A stretch of DNA of 61,165 bases from Bacteroidales bacterium (GCA_004552155.1 SFPF01000025.1:1-61165); one strand, 5' to 3'. Shown: positions 18,673 to 29,407, numbered from the stretch's first letter. The notes: generated from the sequence alone by a model not told the origin. Translations and numbers: made by a program.

Positions 18673-19362
18673 ATGAAATTCATTTCTTGGAACGTCAACG
18701 GGCTCCGCGCCTGCGAAGGCAAGGGCTTCCGCGACATATTCAACAAACTCGATGCCGACTTCTTCTGCTTGCAGGAAACCAAACTGCAAGAGGGACAAAT
18801 AGACCTGCAATTTCCCGGCTACGAGTCCTACTGGGACTACGCCGAGAAAAAAGGCTATTCGGGCACGGCTATCTTCACGCGCCATAAGCCGCTGAGCGTT
18901 GCGCGCGGGCTGGGCATCGACGCGCACGACCACGAGGGACGCGCGCGCCGCCTGGACTACCGCATGGCGTGGGAGGACGACTTCCGCGCCTATCTCAAAT
19001 CGCTCGATGAGCGGAAACCGGTCGTAGTGTGCGGCGACCTGAACGTGGCCCACCAAGAAATCGACCTCAAAAACCCGAAGAGCAACCGCCGCAACGCGGG
19101 CTTCACCGACGAGGAGCGCGAAAAGTTCTCGCTCCTGCTCGAAGCGGGCTTCACCGACACATTCCGCTATTTCTATCCCGACAAGGAGGAGATTTATTCC
19201 TGGTGGTCGTACCGCTTCAAGGCACGCGAGAAAAACGCGGGCTGGCGCATCGACTATTTCCTCGCCTCCAACCGCTTGCAGCCGCAACTCCGAAGCGCCG
19301 CCATACACACGGAAATCTTCGGTTCCGACCATTGCCCGGTGGAGGTAGACATTGACCTTTAA
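18673..19362 (+). CDS. xth: Exodeoxyribonuclease III (apparent in-frame deletion near 18942)
   Basis: [50 protein letters not shown]. The expected ITLE...YTPN segment is missing. Confidence 0.92.
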   Translation: MKFISWNVNGLRACEGKGFRDIFNKLDADFFCLQETKLQEGQIDLQFPGYESYWDYAEKKGYSGTAIFTRHKPLSVARGLGIDAHDHEGRARRLDYRMAWEDDFRAYLKSLDERKPVVVCGDLNVAHQEIDLKNPKSNRRNAGFTDEEREKFSLLLEAGFTDTFRYFYPDKEEIYSWWSYRFKAREKNAGWRIDYFLASNRLQPQLRSAAIHTEIFGSDHCPVEVDIDL

Positions 19363-19416
19363 CCTTTCCCCGATATACAATATTATATATAGAGTCTATA
19401 GAATTCCCCCTTAGCT

Positions 19417-21135
19417 ATGAAACAATTTTTCAAAATGCTCCTCGCGTCGATGCTCGGCACGCTCTGCGTGTTCGCCTTCTTCGCATTCATGAGCTTCGTG
19501 ATGCTGGCAGCCATGATTGCCGCCGGCGGAAGCCAAACAAGCACCTCCGTCGACAAAGGCAGCGTGCTGCGCATCTCGCTCGATGCCACAGTGGAAGAAC
19601 GCGCCGCCGAGGCCAATCCTTTCGACGAATTTATGGGCAACGCCGCAGACCCAACGCTCGGCCTTGACGAAACCCTGAAAGCCATCAAACTGGCCAAGGA
19701 CAACAAGAACATCAGCGGCATCTACCTCGACGGCGGCGCGCTCGCCTCGGACTTTGCCTCGCTCGAAGAGCTCCACAAGGCGTTGCTCGACTTTAAGAAG
19801 TCGGGCAAGTTTATCGCCGCCTATGCCGACACCTATACGCAGGCGGGCTACTACCTCGCCGCCACGGCCGATGCCGTGATGCTCAACCCCTCGGGCATGG
19901 TGGACTGGCACGGACTTGCAGCCCAGCCCATGTTTTTCAAGGAGATGCTCGAGAAGATCGGCGTGAAGATGCAGGTGTTCCGCGTCGGCACGTACAAGAG
20001 TGCGGTGGAACCCTTCACGCAGACCGAAATGAGCCCCGCCAACCGCGAGCAGGTCACCTCTTACATCAACGACATCTGGAACACGATGTGCGCCGACGTG
20101 GCTGCCGACCGCAAACTCACGCCCGAGCGCATGAAAGAACTGGCCGACAACTACATCGGCTTTGCCGAAACGAAAGATTTCGTGGCTAACAAACTGGTCG
20201 ACACGCTCACCTATATCGACGGCGCACGCGCCAAACTGCGCACGCTCGCCAAGCAGGAGAACCTCCATCTCGTAAGCACCGCCGACGTGATTGCCGCAAG
20301 CGACAGCAAGGACAAGGGCGACGAAATAGCCGTCTACTACGCCTATGGCGACATTGTGGACGAGGCCGGAACGGCTTCGCTCATGGGCGGCGACAATGAG
20401 ATAGTGGGCAGCACGCTCGTAGAGGACTTCGACGAACTGGCAGAGGACGAAGACGTGAAAGCCGTGGTGATACGCATCAACTCGGGCGGCGGCAGCGCCT
20501 ATGCCTCCGAGCAAATCTGGCACGCCGTGGAACTCCTCAAAGCCAAAAAGCCCGTAGTGGTTTCGATGGGCGGCATGGCAGCCTCGGGCGGCTATTACAT
20601 GGCCTGCGGCGCCAATAAGATTTTCGCCGACCCCACCACGCTGACGGGCAGCATCGGCATCTTCGGCATGATTCCCGACGCCAGCGGCCTGCTCACCGAG
20701 AAACTCGGCCTGCACTTCGACGTGGCCAAGACGAGCGAGGCAGCCGATTTCGGCGCAGCGGGACGCCCGTTCAACGAAAAAGAATCGGCCGTGATGCAGG
20801 CCTACATCGAGCGCGGCTACAAACTTTTCCTCAGCCGCGTGGCAGCAGGGCGCAAGATGCCCGTCGCCGCCGTTGACTCCATTGCCCAAGGCCGCGTGTG
20901 GACGGGACGCCAGGCTCTGGCTATTAAGCTCGTGGACCAACTCGGCACGCTCGACGACGCTATCGCCGAAGCCGCCCGCCTCGCCAAGAGCAAGGAATAC
21001 TACACGGCGGACTACCCCGCCCCGTCCAACTGGATGGACAACCTCATGGACTCCACCAGCCTGCGCTTTGTGGGCAGCCTGAGCCGCCGGAACGCCCTGC
21101 AAGCACGCATTCCCTATCTGCCGAATATACAATAA
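19417..21135 (+). CDS. sppA: Signal peptide peptidase SppA (protease IV)
   Basis: RVGTYKSAVEPF, RINSGGGS, MAASGGYY, TLTGSIGIFG, QGRVWTG, LVDQLG. Confidence 0.93.
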   Translation: MKQFFKMLLASMLGTLCVFAFFAFMSFVMLAAMIAAGGSQTSTSVDKGSVLRISLDATVEERAAEANPFDEFMGNAADPTLGLDETLKAIKLAKDNKNISGIYLDGGALASDFASLEELHKALLDFKKSGKFIAAYADTYTQAGYYLAATADAVMLNPSGMVDWHGLAAQPMFFKEMLEKIGVKMQVFRVGTYKSAVEPFTQTEMSPANREQVTSYINDIWNTMCADVAADRKLTPERMKELADNYIGFAETKDFVANKLVDTLTYIDGARAKLRTLAKQENLHLVSTADVIAASDSKDKGDEIAVYYAYGDIVDEAGTASLMGGDNEIVGSTLVEDFDELAEDEDVKAVVIRINSGGGSAYASEQIWHAVELLKAKKPVVVSMGGMAASGGYYMACGANKIFADPTTLTGSIGIFGMIPDASGLLTEKLGLHFDVAKTSEAADFGAAGRPFNEKESAVMQAYIERGYKLFLSRVAAGRKMPVAAVDSIAQGRVWTGRQALAIKLVDQLGTLDDAIAEAARLAKSKEYYTADYPAPSNWMDNLMDSTSLRFVGSLSRRNALQARIPYLPNIQ

Positions 21136-21142
21136 AATAGCG

Positions 21143-22204
21143 ATGCTCCGCCTGCTGTTGCCGCTCTCGTGGATGTACGCCGCCATTATGGGCATACGCA
21201 ATATGCTCTTCGACAAGGGCGTATTGAAGCAAACGGCGTGCGGCGTGCCTTCCATCTGCGTAGGCAACCTCGCCGTGGGCGGCACGGGCAAGACGCCGCA
21301 TACGGAATACCTCGTGCGCCTGCTCGCAGCGCAAGGACTGCGCACCGCCATGCTCTCGCGCGGCTACGGACGATGCACGAAAGGCTTCATTGAAGCCACG
21401 GCGGCAAGCACGGGCGCGGAAGTGGGCGACGAACCGTTGCAGGTGAAGCAGAAGTTTCCCGCCACGCGCGTTGCCGTGTGCGAAAGCCGCGTGGAAGGCT
21501 GCAAGAAACTACTGCAAACGCCCGCAGGCACAGAGCCGCAAGCCATTGTGCTCGACGATGCCTATCAACACCGCTACATCAAGGCAGGGCTTTACCTTTT
21601 GCTCACCGATTACAGCAACCTCTTCACCCGCGACTGCGTGCTTCCTGCCGGCCGGCTGCGCGAAAGCCGCAGTGGAGCGCGGCGTGCCGATGCTGTCATC
21701 GTGACCAAATGTCCCGAGCAACTGGGCGAGGAAGAGCGGGCAGGCATCAGGCGCGAAATAGCGCGCTACACCGACGCCCCGGCTTTCTTCTCCTCCGTAG
21801 GCTACGGCGCGCCCCGGCCCGGCTTTGCCGAGACCCCGGAATGGCAGAGCGCAGGCAAGGCGAGGCATGTGCTATTGGTGTGCGGCATCGCCCGCCCCGA
21901 GCCGTTCATTGCCCGCTGGAAAGCGCAGGCCGAAAAAGTGGAGGTGATGCGCTATCCCGACCACCACGCTTTCACGCCCGAGGAAGTCCGGCAGATGGCA
22001 GAGGCGGCGGAAGAGGCAAGCATCATCGTCACCACAGAAAAGGACATGATGCGCCTCAAAACCCTCCTCCTACCCCTCGAAATAAAGAAAAAGCTGTATT
22101 ACCAGCCCATAGAAATAACTTTCTCAGATTCAGAAAAACAGAAATTCAACAACCTTATTCTCAACTATGTTGCAAGCCATTCAAGAAACCGCCGCGTGGA
22201 TTAA
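21143..22204 (+). CDS. lpxK: Tetraacyldisaccharide 4'-kinase
   Basis: VGNLAVGGTGKTP, LSRGYGR, GDEP, LDDAYQH, LPAGRLRE, YPDHH, TTEKD. Confidence 0.95.
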   Translation: MLRLLLPLSWMYAAIMGIRNMLFDKGVLKQTACGVPSICVGNLAVGGTGKTPHTEYLVRLLAAQGLRTAMLSRGYGRCTKGFIEATAASTGAEVGDEPLQVKQKFPATRVAVCESRVEGCKKLLQTPAGTEPQAIVLDDAYQHRYIKAGLYLLLTDYSNLFTRDCVLPAGRLRESRSGARRADAVIVTKCPEQLGEEERAGIRREIARYTDAPAFFSSVGYGAPRPGFAETPEWQSAGKARHVLLVCGIARPEPFIARWKAQAEKVEVMRYPDHHAFTPEEVRQMAEAAEEASIIVTTEKDMMRLKTLLLPLEIKKKLYYQPIEITFSDSEKQKFNNLILNYVASHSRNRRVD

Positions 22205-22976
22205 AAGCCACACCGCGCTCCGTCCCGAAACCGCCATCGTGCTCGGCACAGGCCTTGGCCGTTTGGCCGAAGAGATAGAAATCGTTGACGCATTCCCTTA
22301 CAACGAAATCCCCCACTTTCCTGTCAGCACCGTCGAGGGACACAGCGGCCGCCTGCTCTTTGGCCGTCTCGGCGGCAAGGAAGTGATGGCGCTCGAAGGA
22401 CGTTTCCACTACTACGAGGGCTATACGATGAAAGAGGTGACCTATCCCGAACGCGTGATGCACGAGTTGGGCATCAAGAACTTCTTTGTGAGCAATGCCT
22501 CCGGTGGCGTCAATCCCGACTTTGAAATAGGCGACATGATGCTGATTACCGACCACATCAACTTCCTCCCCGAGCACCCCCTGCGCGGCAAGAACTTCCC
22601 CTACGGCCCGCGCTTTCTCGACATGAGCGAAGCCTACGACAAGCAATTCCTCGCCCTCGCCCGCGAAATTGCCAAGGAGAAAGGCATCCGAGTGGTGGAA
22701 GGCGTGTATCTCGCCAACCAGGGACCCACTTACGAAACGCCGACAGAATATAAGATGTACCGCCGTCTCGGCGCAGATGCCGTGGGCATGAGCACGGTGC
22801 CCGAAGTCATCGTGGCACGCCACTGCGGCATGCGCGTCTTCGGCATCAGCATCATCACCGACCTCGGCGTAGAAGGAAAAATCGTGGAGGTGACGCACGA
22901 GGAGGTGCAGAAGGCCGCCAACGCCGTGCAGCCGCTCATGGCCGAAATCTTCCGCAGCATCATCGCACGCATATAA
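22167..22976 (+). CDS. Purine-nucleoside phosphorylase (PNP I / PunA type)
   Basis: IVLGTGLG, STVEGHSG, GRFHYYEG, GPTYET, DAVGMSTVPE. Confidence 0.93.
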   Translation: MLQAIQETAAWIKSHTALRPETAIVLGTGLGRLAEEIEIVDAFPYNEIPHFPVSTVEGHSGRLLFGRLGGKEVMALEGRFHYYEGYTMKEVTYPERVMHELGIKNFFVSNASGGVNPDFEIGDMMLITDHINFLPEHPLRGKNFPYGPRFLDMSEAYDKQFLALAREIAKEKGIRVVEGVYLANQGPTYETPTEYKMYRRLGADAVGMSTVPEVIVARHCGMRVFGISIITDLGVEGKIVEVTHEEVQKAANAVQPLMAEIFRSIIARI

Positions 22977-22985
22977 TTTATTGCC

Positions 22986-23669
22986 ATGCTTGCCATCATC
23001 TTCAACGCCCTTGCGGCAATCATCGGCAGTGCCATCGGAGCAATAGCCCGCAAAGGCATCAAGGAGAAATACATCAACGTGCTCAACACGGCGATGGGCT
23101 TGGCGGCCCTCGTGCTGGGCATCAACGTGGCCATGACCAATATGGGCAACAGCAAGTACCCCGTGCTCTTTATCTTCTGCCTCGCCCTCGGCGGACTGCT
23201 CGGCACCGTGCTCAAGCTCGACCAGCGCATGGAAAGCGCCACGCGCCGCATGTCCACCTCCAACCTCGTGGAAGGCATCACCACCGGCGTGCTGCTCTGC
23301 TGCGTGGGCACGCTCTCGATGATGGGCCCCGTGCTGAGCGCGCTCTACGGGGATAACACTTATCTGATGACCGCCGCCACGCTCAATCTCGTCACGATGA
23401 TCGTGCTTGCTTCGAGCTACGGCTTCGGCACCGCCGTGACGGGCATCGTCATCTTCGTGTGGCAGGCGAGCATCTACGGCATCGCGAAAGTTTCGCAAAC
23501 GTTCATCTCCGAACAGCTTATCACAGAAGTGTCGGTGGTGGGCGGCGTGCTCATTGCCGCCTCAGGCCTGGGCGTGCTCAACATCAAGGACTGCAAGACC
23601 ATCAACCTCCTGCCCGCCCTCGTGATGCCCATGCTGTTCTTCCTTATCAAAAACCTCTTAGGAATATAA
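22986..23669 (+). CDS. DUF554 family membrane protein
   Basis: Multi-TM protein; N-terminal NALAAIIGSAIG and C-terminal NLLPAL. Confidence 0.8.
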   Translation: MLAIIFNALAAIIGSAIGAIARKGIKEKYINVLNTAMGLAALVLGINVAMTNMGNSKYPVLFIFCLALGGLLGTVLKLDQRMESATRRMSTSNLVEGITTGVLLCCVGTLSMMGPVLSALYGDNTYLMTAATLNLVTMIVLASSYGFGTAVTGIVIFVWQASIYGIAKVSQTFISEQLITEVSVVGGVLIAASGLGVLNIKDCKTINLLPALVMPMLFFLIKNLLGI

Positions 23670-23688
23670 TAATTAAAACATACAAAAC

Positions 23689-24957
23689 ATGACAAAGGGA
23701 AAAGTTGATGCCCTGCTGGGCATTGTTTTCGGCGACGAAGGCAAAGGCAAGGTCGTGGATTTCTTCACGCCGCGCTACGACGTAGTCGCCCGCTTTGCCG
23801 GAGGCCCCAACGCCGGCCACACCATTATCTTCGACGGAAAGAAATTCGTGCTGCGCTCCATTCCGTCGGGCATCTTCGATGAAGGCAAAACGAATATCAT
23901 AGGCAACGGCTGCGTCATCGCACCCGACCTCTTCATGGCAGAAGCACGCGAACTCGAAGCCGCCGGCTACGACATCGCCCCACGCCTCCACATCAGCCGC
24001 CGCGCCCATCTCATTCTGCCTACCCACCGCGTGCTCGACCGCGCCTACGAGGCCGCCAAGGGCAAGAACAAGGTAGGCACCACGGGCAAGGGCATCGGTC
24101 CGGCTTACAGCGACAAGGCCGCCCGCGTGGGCCTGCGTGTCGGCGACATCGAAGAGAACTTTGAAGAGAAATACCGTGCGCTCAAAGAGCGTCACGAACA
24201 AATTCTTCGCGACCTGCATTATACGGATTACGACATCGCGGAAGAAGAAAAACTGTGGATGGAGGGCGTGGAATACATGCGCCGCTTCAAACTCTCTAAC
24301 ACCGAGGCAGAAATCAACCGCGCCCTCACCGAAGGAAAGTCTGTGCTTGCCGAGGGAGCGCAAGGCTCATTGCTCGACATCGACCACGGCACCTATCCTT
24401 TCGTGTCCTCTTCCAGCACCACCGCCGGCGGCGTTTGCACCGGCCTGGGCGTAGCCCCCAATACGATTGACCGCGTATTCGGCATCTTCAAAGCATACAG
24501 CACGCGCGTAGGCTCTGGCCCATTCCCTGTGGAACTGTTTGACGAGACGGGCGAAACGCTCCGCCGCATCGGTCACGAGTACGGCGCGGTGACGGGCCGC
24601 AACCGCCGCTGCGGCTGGATTGACCTCGTGGCCCTGAAATATGCCATCATGATAAATGGCGTGACCGACCTCGTGATGATGAAGGGCGACGTGCTCGACG
24701 AGTTCGAAACCATTAAAGTCTGCACCGCTTACAAGAAGGGCGACGAAGTGGTGACGGAAATGCCTTACGACACCGAGGGCTACGAAGCCGTGTACGAGGA
24801 ACTCCCCGGCTGGCAGACACCGCTCACGGAAATACGCGAGGAAAAGGACTTCCCGCCCGCCTTCTCCGCCTACATCGCTTATCTTGAAAAGCAACTCGCC
24901 GTCCGTATCTCTATCGTCAGCGTAGGACCGGACAGAGAGGCAACGATTATCAGATAA
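23689..24957 (+). CDS. purA: Adenylosuccinate synthetase
   Basis: GDEGKGK, GGPNAGHT, GTTGKGIGPAY, EGAQG, HGTYPFV, TGRNRRCGW. Confidence 0.96.
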   Translation: MTKGKVDALLGIVFGDEGKGKVVDFFTPRYDVVARFAGGPNAGHTIIFDGKKFVLRSIPSGIFDEGKTNIIGNGCVIAPDLFMAEARELEAAGYDIAPRLHISRRAHLILPTHRVLDRAYEAAKGKNKVGTTGKGIGPAYSDKAARVGLRVGDIEENFEEKYRALKERHEQILRDLHYTDYDIAEEEKLWMEGVEYMRRFKLSNTEAEINRALTEGKSVLAEGAQGSLLDIDHGTYPFVSSSSTTAGGVCTGLGVAPNTIDRVFGIFKAYSTRVGSGPFPVELFDETGETLRRIGHEYGAVTGRNRRCGWIDLVALKYAIMINGVTDLVMMKGDVLDEFETIKVCTAYKKGDEVVTEMPYDTEGYEAVYEELPGWQTPLTEIREEKDFPPAFSAYIAYLEKQLAVRISIVSVGPDREATIIR

Positions 24958-24980
24958 TACCCTTTTACCGATACATTAAA

Positions 24981-25016
24981 GCGGCGCACAATGCTTTTGT
25001 CTGCATTGTGCGCCGT
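24981..25016. terminator. Hairpin between convergent purA and the TetR gene
   Basis: GCGGCGCACAATGC-N8-GCATTGTGCGCCGT. Confidence 0.6.
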
Positions 25017-25072
25017 TATTCTGTTTATTAAAATATTGCAGTCCGCTGCCTGCAAAGAATATATTGGGAAAA

Positions 25073-25741
25073 CTACAGCTGCTCTGCCTGCAAGATTTTC
25101 TCTAATATATTGTCCATGTAACGCGCCCCCTCAGGCGTGGCGCAGCCACGGATATAAACGATGACGATGTTGTAGAAAAGAGATTTGAGCGGGCATCCTC
25201 GGCCTATTTCTTCCATAGCGCGGTAATTGAGCGTACGGGCAATTTGGCGGTAAACGAGCGTGAAATTTACGTCGGGGCGGAAAAATCCCTGCGCCACGCC
25301 GCGTTGCAAAAACGCCACAGCGGCTGCCTCGTGCTCTCTGCTGCGCTTCTCGAAATAGGCCACGGCAGCGGGATACTTATGTAGTTCGATAAAAAAATCT
25401 GGATTGATGCCGCTGAACATACGCATGCTGTCGGCAAACTCGCCGAGTATGATTTCGAGCACGTTGTCGGTCTCTGCGAGACGTTCTTGCATACACCGCT
25501 CTTTGCGTTCGTCTTGAAGGCGCAGCCCGGCAAGGAGCAGCGCGGCCTTGTCTGCAAAGAGTTCATAGAGGGTGCGCTTCGACATTTTCAGGGCATCGGC
25601 GATGCTATCCATCGTAACGCTTTTGATGCCATGCGCCTGAAACATGCGCATCGCCTGCTCTATCACGCGCAGGCGCACCTCTTCTTTATGCGTGCCGCCG
25701 ATGCTGGCGGGCTTTGCTGTTGTAGCGGTCTTTTTTTCCAT
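25073..25741 (-). CDS. TetR/AcrR family regulator
   Basis: GIKSVTMDSIADALKMSKRTLYELF HTH motif. Confidence 0.9.
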   Translation of the reverse strand: MEKKTATTAKPASIGGTHKEEVRLRVIEQAMRMFQAHGIKSVTMDSIADALKMSKRTLYELFADKAALLLAGLRLQDERKERCMQERLAETDNVLEIILGEFADSMRMFSGINPDFFIELHKYPAAVAYFEKRSREHEAAAVAFLQRGVAQGFFRPDVNFTLVYRQIARTLNYRAMEEIGRGCPLKSLFYNIVIVYIRGCATPEGARYMDNILEKILQAEQL

Positions 25742-25933
25742 AAAAAGCTTTCCCGTGGATTATCGGCTGCAAAGTTACAAAAATAAACTATCTTGGCAAA
25801 AATAGTTTTCTCATGCCGCGCATCATATAGGAAAAAGAAGCAGGAGCAAAGCATAAAGAAATGAAATATATTGGCAAAGACACATATATCCTGCTTGAAA
25901 TATTAAATTTATACTAATAAATAAGATTTTCTT

Positions 25934-25956
25934 AGTACTTTGCTTTGCAAGGTACT
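25934..25956. promoter_or_regulatory. Putative PadR operator
   Basis: AGTACTTTGC-TTT-GCAAGGTACT inverted repeat (one mismatch) in the padR promoter region. Confidence 0.45.
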
Positions 25957-26038
25957 TATCTTTTGCATACTTTTGCGGCAGATAGTTGATACTGCCCCGC
26001 GGCCGGGGGCGAATTTATTACCGATACGCTCAAGGATT

Positions 26039-26413
26039 ATGAATGTAGACAACGCTAAATCACAGATGCGCAAAGGAATGCTGGAATACTGCGTGCTGCT
26101 GTTGCTGCGCAAGGAGCCTTCTTACGCCAACGACATCATCAACCGCCTGAAAAGCGTGGAGATGATTGTGGTGGAAGGCACGCTCTACCCTTTGCTCACC
26201 CGACTGAAAAAGGACGGGATGCTCTCTTACGAATGGCGCGAAAGCACGCAAGGGCCGCCGCGCAAGTACTACGCGCTCACTGCGCAAGGCGAACTGGCTT
26301 TGGCCGAACTCGACGGCGCATGGAACGAACTGGCACGCACCGTGGGGCTGCTCAAAGCGGAAAGCCCGGCGCGCCTCACGCTCGACGGATTTACGCCAAG
26401 CACAATATTATAA
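26039..26413 (+). CDS. PadR family transcriptional regulator
   Basis: SQMRKGMLEYCVL, EGTLYPLLTRL, GPPRKYY. Confidence 0.92.
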   Translation: MNVDNAKSQMRKGMLEYCVLLLLRKEPSYANDIINRLKSVEMIVVEGTLYPLLTRLKKDGMLSYEWRESTQGPPRKYYALTAQGELALAELDGAWNELARTVGLLKAESPARLTLDGFTPSTIL

Positions 26414-26434
26414 TATTATATACAACCTCGCATC

Positions 26435-28255
26435 ATGAAAAAGAATATCACAATCAATATGTTCGGGTCGCTCTATGCAATCGACGAGGACGCCTACGCG
26501 CTCTTGAAGAGCTATCTCGAAAACATGCGCCGCTATTTTTCTAAAAAGGAGGGCGGCGACGAAATCGCCGACGACGTGGAGTACCGCGTGGCGGAACTTA
26601 TGGAAGAATTGAAGCAAAGCGGCAAGGAAGCCTGCGACATCGACGATGTGCAGAACATCATCCACCGCATCGGCGACCCCGAGCAAATGGACTCGGGCGA
26701 AACGGCAGATTCCTCCGATGCCGCCAGCACAGATTCAGAGGAAACGGATTCGGAAACGGGCGCACCGTCAAGCACGGCCGACCGCGTGACCGACTGGCTG
26801 CGCCGCCGCCGGCTCTACCGCGACGAGGACGACAAAATGCTGGGCGGCGTGCTCTCGGGGCTTTGCCACTACTTCGGCGGCACCGACCCGCTGCTGTGGC
26901 GCATCGCCATGGTGCTGCTCTGCTTCCTCAGTTTCTCCACGGTGGCCATTATCTATCTCGTGCTGTGGCTCTTCGTGCCGGCGGCGCAGACGGCTGAGCA
27001 GAAATTGCAGATGCGCGGCAAGACGGTGAACGCGCAGAACATCAACGACGAGGTTATCCGCAACGCCACAGCCGCCAACCCCGCCAGTGCGCCGCAGCAA
27101 AAGGAAGCGCGCGGCCGCAGCCTCATCAACACGCTGCTGCACGCTATGGTTATCCTGCTTAAAGTGGGCGTGGCGTGCTTTGTGGGAATGATTATCGTCG
27201 GCATGTTGCTCGCTGCCTTCACGGTGCTTACCTTCGCCACCACGAGTTTCACCATTCTCACGAGTGTCACCGAAGCCCTGAATGCCATTCCCTATTCCAC
27301 AGTCTCGCTTGTCGTCATAGCTTTCTGCCTGCTTCCCGCCGTGGGCATCTTGCTCTATCTGCTCGTCCGCTTCCTCACGGGCAACACGTCGGGTAAAAGC
27401 CTCTCGCTCGGGCGCATCGTGCTCCTCGTCCTCTCCTTAGTGCTCTCGCTCTGCGTGGCAGGCATCTTGGGCGGCATTTTAATCAAAAATATTGGCGAGG
27501 CCGACGTCAAGGTGCGGCGCGACAAGAATACGGAGAACGGCATCTATCTGGAAGCCTCCGAGCGCAACCGCCTCGCGGCGGACGGCGTTCACATCATGAA
27601 GTTGGAAAACTGCAACAACTGGGGCGGGGTGTACGAACAGCACGAATCGTTTTTCAACGATGAAGTGGTAGACTCCCACTGGGCCTTTGTGCGCGATTTG
27701 GACAACCAACCTATGATTTTCGATCTGCAAAAGACGGTGACGCTGCCTGCCGGCAACTATCGCCTGGAAATCATCTCGCAAGCCAGTGCTGCGGGCTGCT
27801 TCGGCTATACAGTGGACTCCGCTGGGGTTTATACGAACCTCGTGCCCCTGCCGGCGTATGTAAAGGACGTATCGAGCAAAATCGGGAGAACGCCCTACGA
27901 ACTTGCCTACACGATGGACTATTTCAAGCAGGCTTATTATACGAAAGAGGATTGGGATGATATAGCTGAGCGCGCCAAGCGTTGGAGTTTTTCTGCCTCG
28001 CAACCTTTCCGCCACGCAGGCGGTACGATTACGTTCGGCGTGACCTGCGACCAATCGAAAACGCTGCAGCCCAGCGGCAGCTGTGAATGGTGCAACGTGT
28101 GCGATATGCGCATCGTGGAAGACCGAGGGCAGTTCTTCGTGCCCGGTGCCCCTAACCAAGCGGGCGCGGTCGGCAATGCCCCGGTAATTGACACCGTCAG
28201 CGTCACGCAACCGGCACAGTCGGCGAAAACCGGCAAGAAGAATAAGAAGAAATAA
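26435..28255 (+). CDS. PspC domain membrane protein with extra C-terminal soluble domain
   Basis: MKKNITIN...IDEDAY N-terminus, RRLYRDEDDKMLGGVLSGL PspC motif, TM helices; typical padR-pspC pair. Confidence 0.85.
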   Translation: MKKNITINMFGSLYAIDEDAYALLKSYLENMRRYFSKKEGGDEIADDVEYRVAELMEELKQSGKEACDIDDVQNIIHRIGDPEQMDSGETADSSDAASTDSEETDSETGAPSSTADRVTDWLRRRRLYRDEDDKMLGGVLSGLCHYFGGTDPLLWRIAMVLLCFLSFSTVAIIYLVLWLFVPAAQTAEQKLQMRGKTVNAQNINDEVIRNATAANPASAPQQKEARGRSLINTLLHAMVILLKVGVACFVGMIIVGMLLAAFTVLTFATTSFTILTSVTEALNAIPYSTVSLVVIAFCLLPAVGILLYLLVRFLTGNTSGKSLSLGRIVLLVLSLVLSLCVAGILGGILIKNIGEADVKVRRDKNTENGIYLEASERNRLAADGVHIMKLENCNNWGGVYEQHESFFNDEVVDSHWAFVRDLDNQPMIFDLQKTVTLPAGNYRLEIISQASAAGCFGYTVDSAGVYTNLVPLPAYVKDVSSKIGRTPYELAYTMDYFKQAYYTKEDWDDIAERAKRWSFSASQPFRHAGGTITFGVTCDQSKTLQPSGSCEWCNVCDMRIVEDRGQFFVPGAPNQAGAVGNAPVIDTVSVTQPAQSAKTGKKNKKK

Positions 28256-28264
28256 CCGCCATTT

Positions 28265-28804
28265 ATGAAAATCAGCTTTATTCTCTTTGCCAGCCTCATG
28301 CTCCACGCCGCCAGCCTCTCGGCACAAAGCAAATTCGTGGAGCGTTCCACGGACGTGCTATGCCTGGCTCCCTCTGCCACGGGCCTTATCAAGGCGATTG
28401 CAGAGAAGGACAAGAAAGGCATCTTGCAGCTCGGACTCAGCACTGCCACCACGCTCGCCATCAACTACGGGCTGGAAGCCGTCATCAAGAAAGACCGCCC
28501 CGACGGCACAGGGCGGCACGCTTTCCCCAGCACGCATACGGCGGTGGCTTTCGACGGCGCATCGTTTCTGCTGCGCCGTTACGGCTGGCAGTGGGGCGTG
28601 CCTGCTTACGCCGTGGCCGCTTACGTGGCGTGGGGGCGCACTTACGCCAAACGCCACGACTGGTGGGACGTGCTCGGCGGTGCAGCCATCGGCGCGGGCG
28701 CAGCGTTCATCTACACCCGCCCCTTCGTGAAAAAAGCAGACGTGAGCATCGCCCCGGCATCGTTCGGCGACGGCGGGGGCATCAGCATGGTTGTGAACTT
28801 CTAA
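28265..28804 (+). CDS. PAP2 family phosphatase
   Basis: K..RP, FPSTHT and R....HDWWDV motifs. Confidence 0.85.
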   Translation: MKISFILFASLMLHAASLSAQSKFVERSTDVLCLAPSATGLIKAIAEKDKKGILQLGLSTATTLAINYGLEAVIKKDRPDGTGRHAFPSTHTAVAFDGASFLLRRYGWQWGVPAYAVAAYVAWGRTYAKRHDWWDVLGGAAIGAGAAFIYTRPFVKKADVSIAPASFGDGGGISMVVNF

Positions 28805-28807
28805 GTT

Positions 28808-29407
28808 TTAGGAAACGATGCAATAAACGGCGGCCCAGTGGCTCACAGAACCGAGGAGGACGAAGATGTGCCAAATGCCGTCGCTTGTATAGAACAAGCC
28901 TTCTGCCAAAATCCAAAGCAGCGACGGCAGCGACATCTTGCTCACCACGGGCTCCGCGATAAAGACAACCGACCAGCCCATGGCGAGATACAAAGAAAGT
29001 GAAAGCTTCGGGTAACGACCCAAGGCTTTCACTTTATATATTATGCCTGCAACGACCACCGCCCACAGCAATCCGAACACCGTCCAACCCAGTGCGCCGC
29101 CCACCACTCCGATGCAGATGGGCGTGTAAGAGGCGGCAATCATCACGTAGATGCCGCAGTGGTCGAAGATGCGCAGCACGCTTTTGGTTTTTCCGGGCAG
29201 CCACCAATGGTAAAGGGTGCTGCAAGCGTACATCAGCAACATGCCGGAGGTGAAAAACGTCACGCCGAAAGCGTGCCGCCAGTTCTGCCGGTAACCGTAG
29301 CGGATAATGATCCATGCCACCGAGAGCGTGAACACCACGCCTGCCAAGTGCGTGAGCGTGTTGAAGATTTCCTCGCGGCTGCGGCGCGATAGTTTTTTCA
29401 GTTCCAT
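28808..29407 (-). CDS. Hemolysin III / PAQR family membrane protein (probable short deletion near 28880)
   Basis: EEIFNTLTH, STLYH, DHCGIYVMIAASYTP, YLAMGW, IWHIFVLLGS..H. Confidence 0.88.
   Translation of the reverse strand: MELKKLSRRSREEIFNTLTHLAGVVFTLSVAWIIIRYGYRQNWRHAFGVTFFTSGMLLMYACSTLYHWWLPGKTKSVLRIFDHCGIYVMIAASYTPICIGVVGGALGWTVFGLLWAVVVAGIIYKVKALGRYPKLSLSLYLAMGWSVVFIAEPVVSKMSLPSLLWILAEGLFYTSDGIWHIFVLLGSVSHWAAVYCIVS

Noticed and set aside
19411..21351. Long antisense ORFs such as 19411..21351, 40549..42069, 49100..50665 and 56222..58411
   Set aside because: Shadow frames of GC3-rich genes with clear family motifs on the opposite strand.
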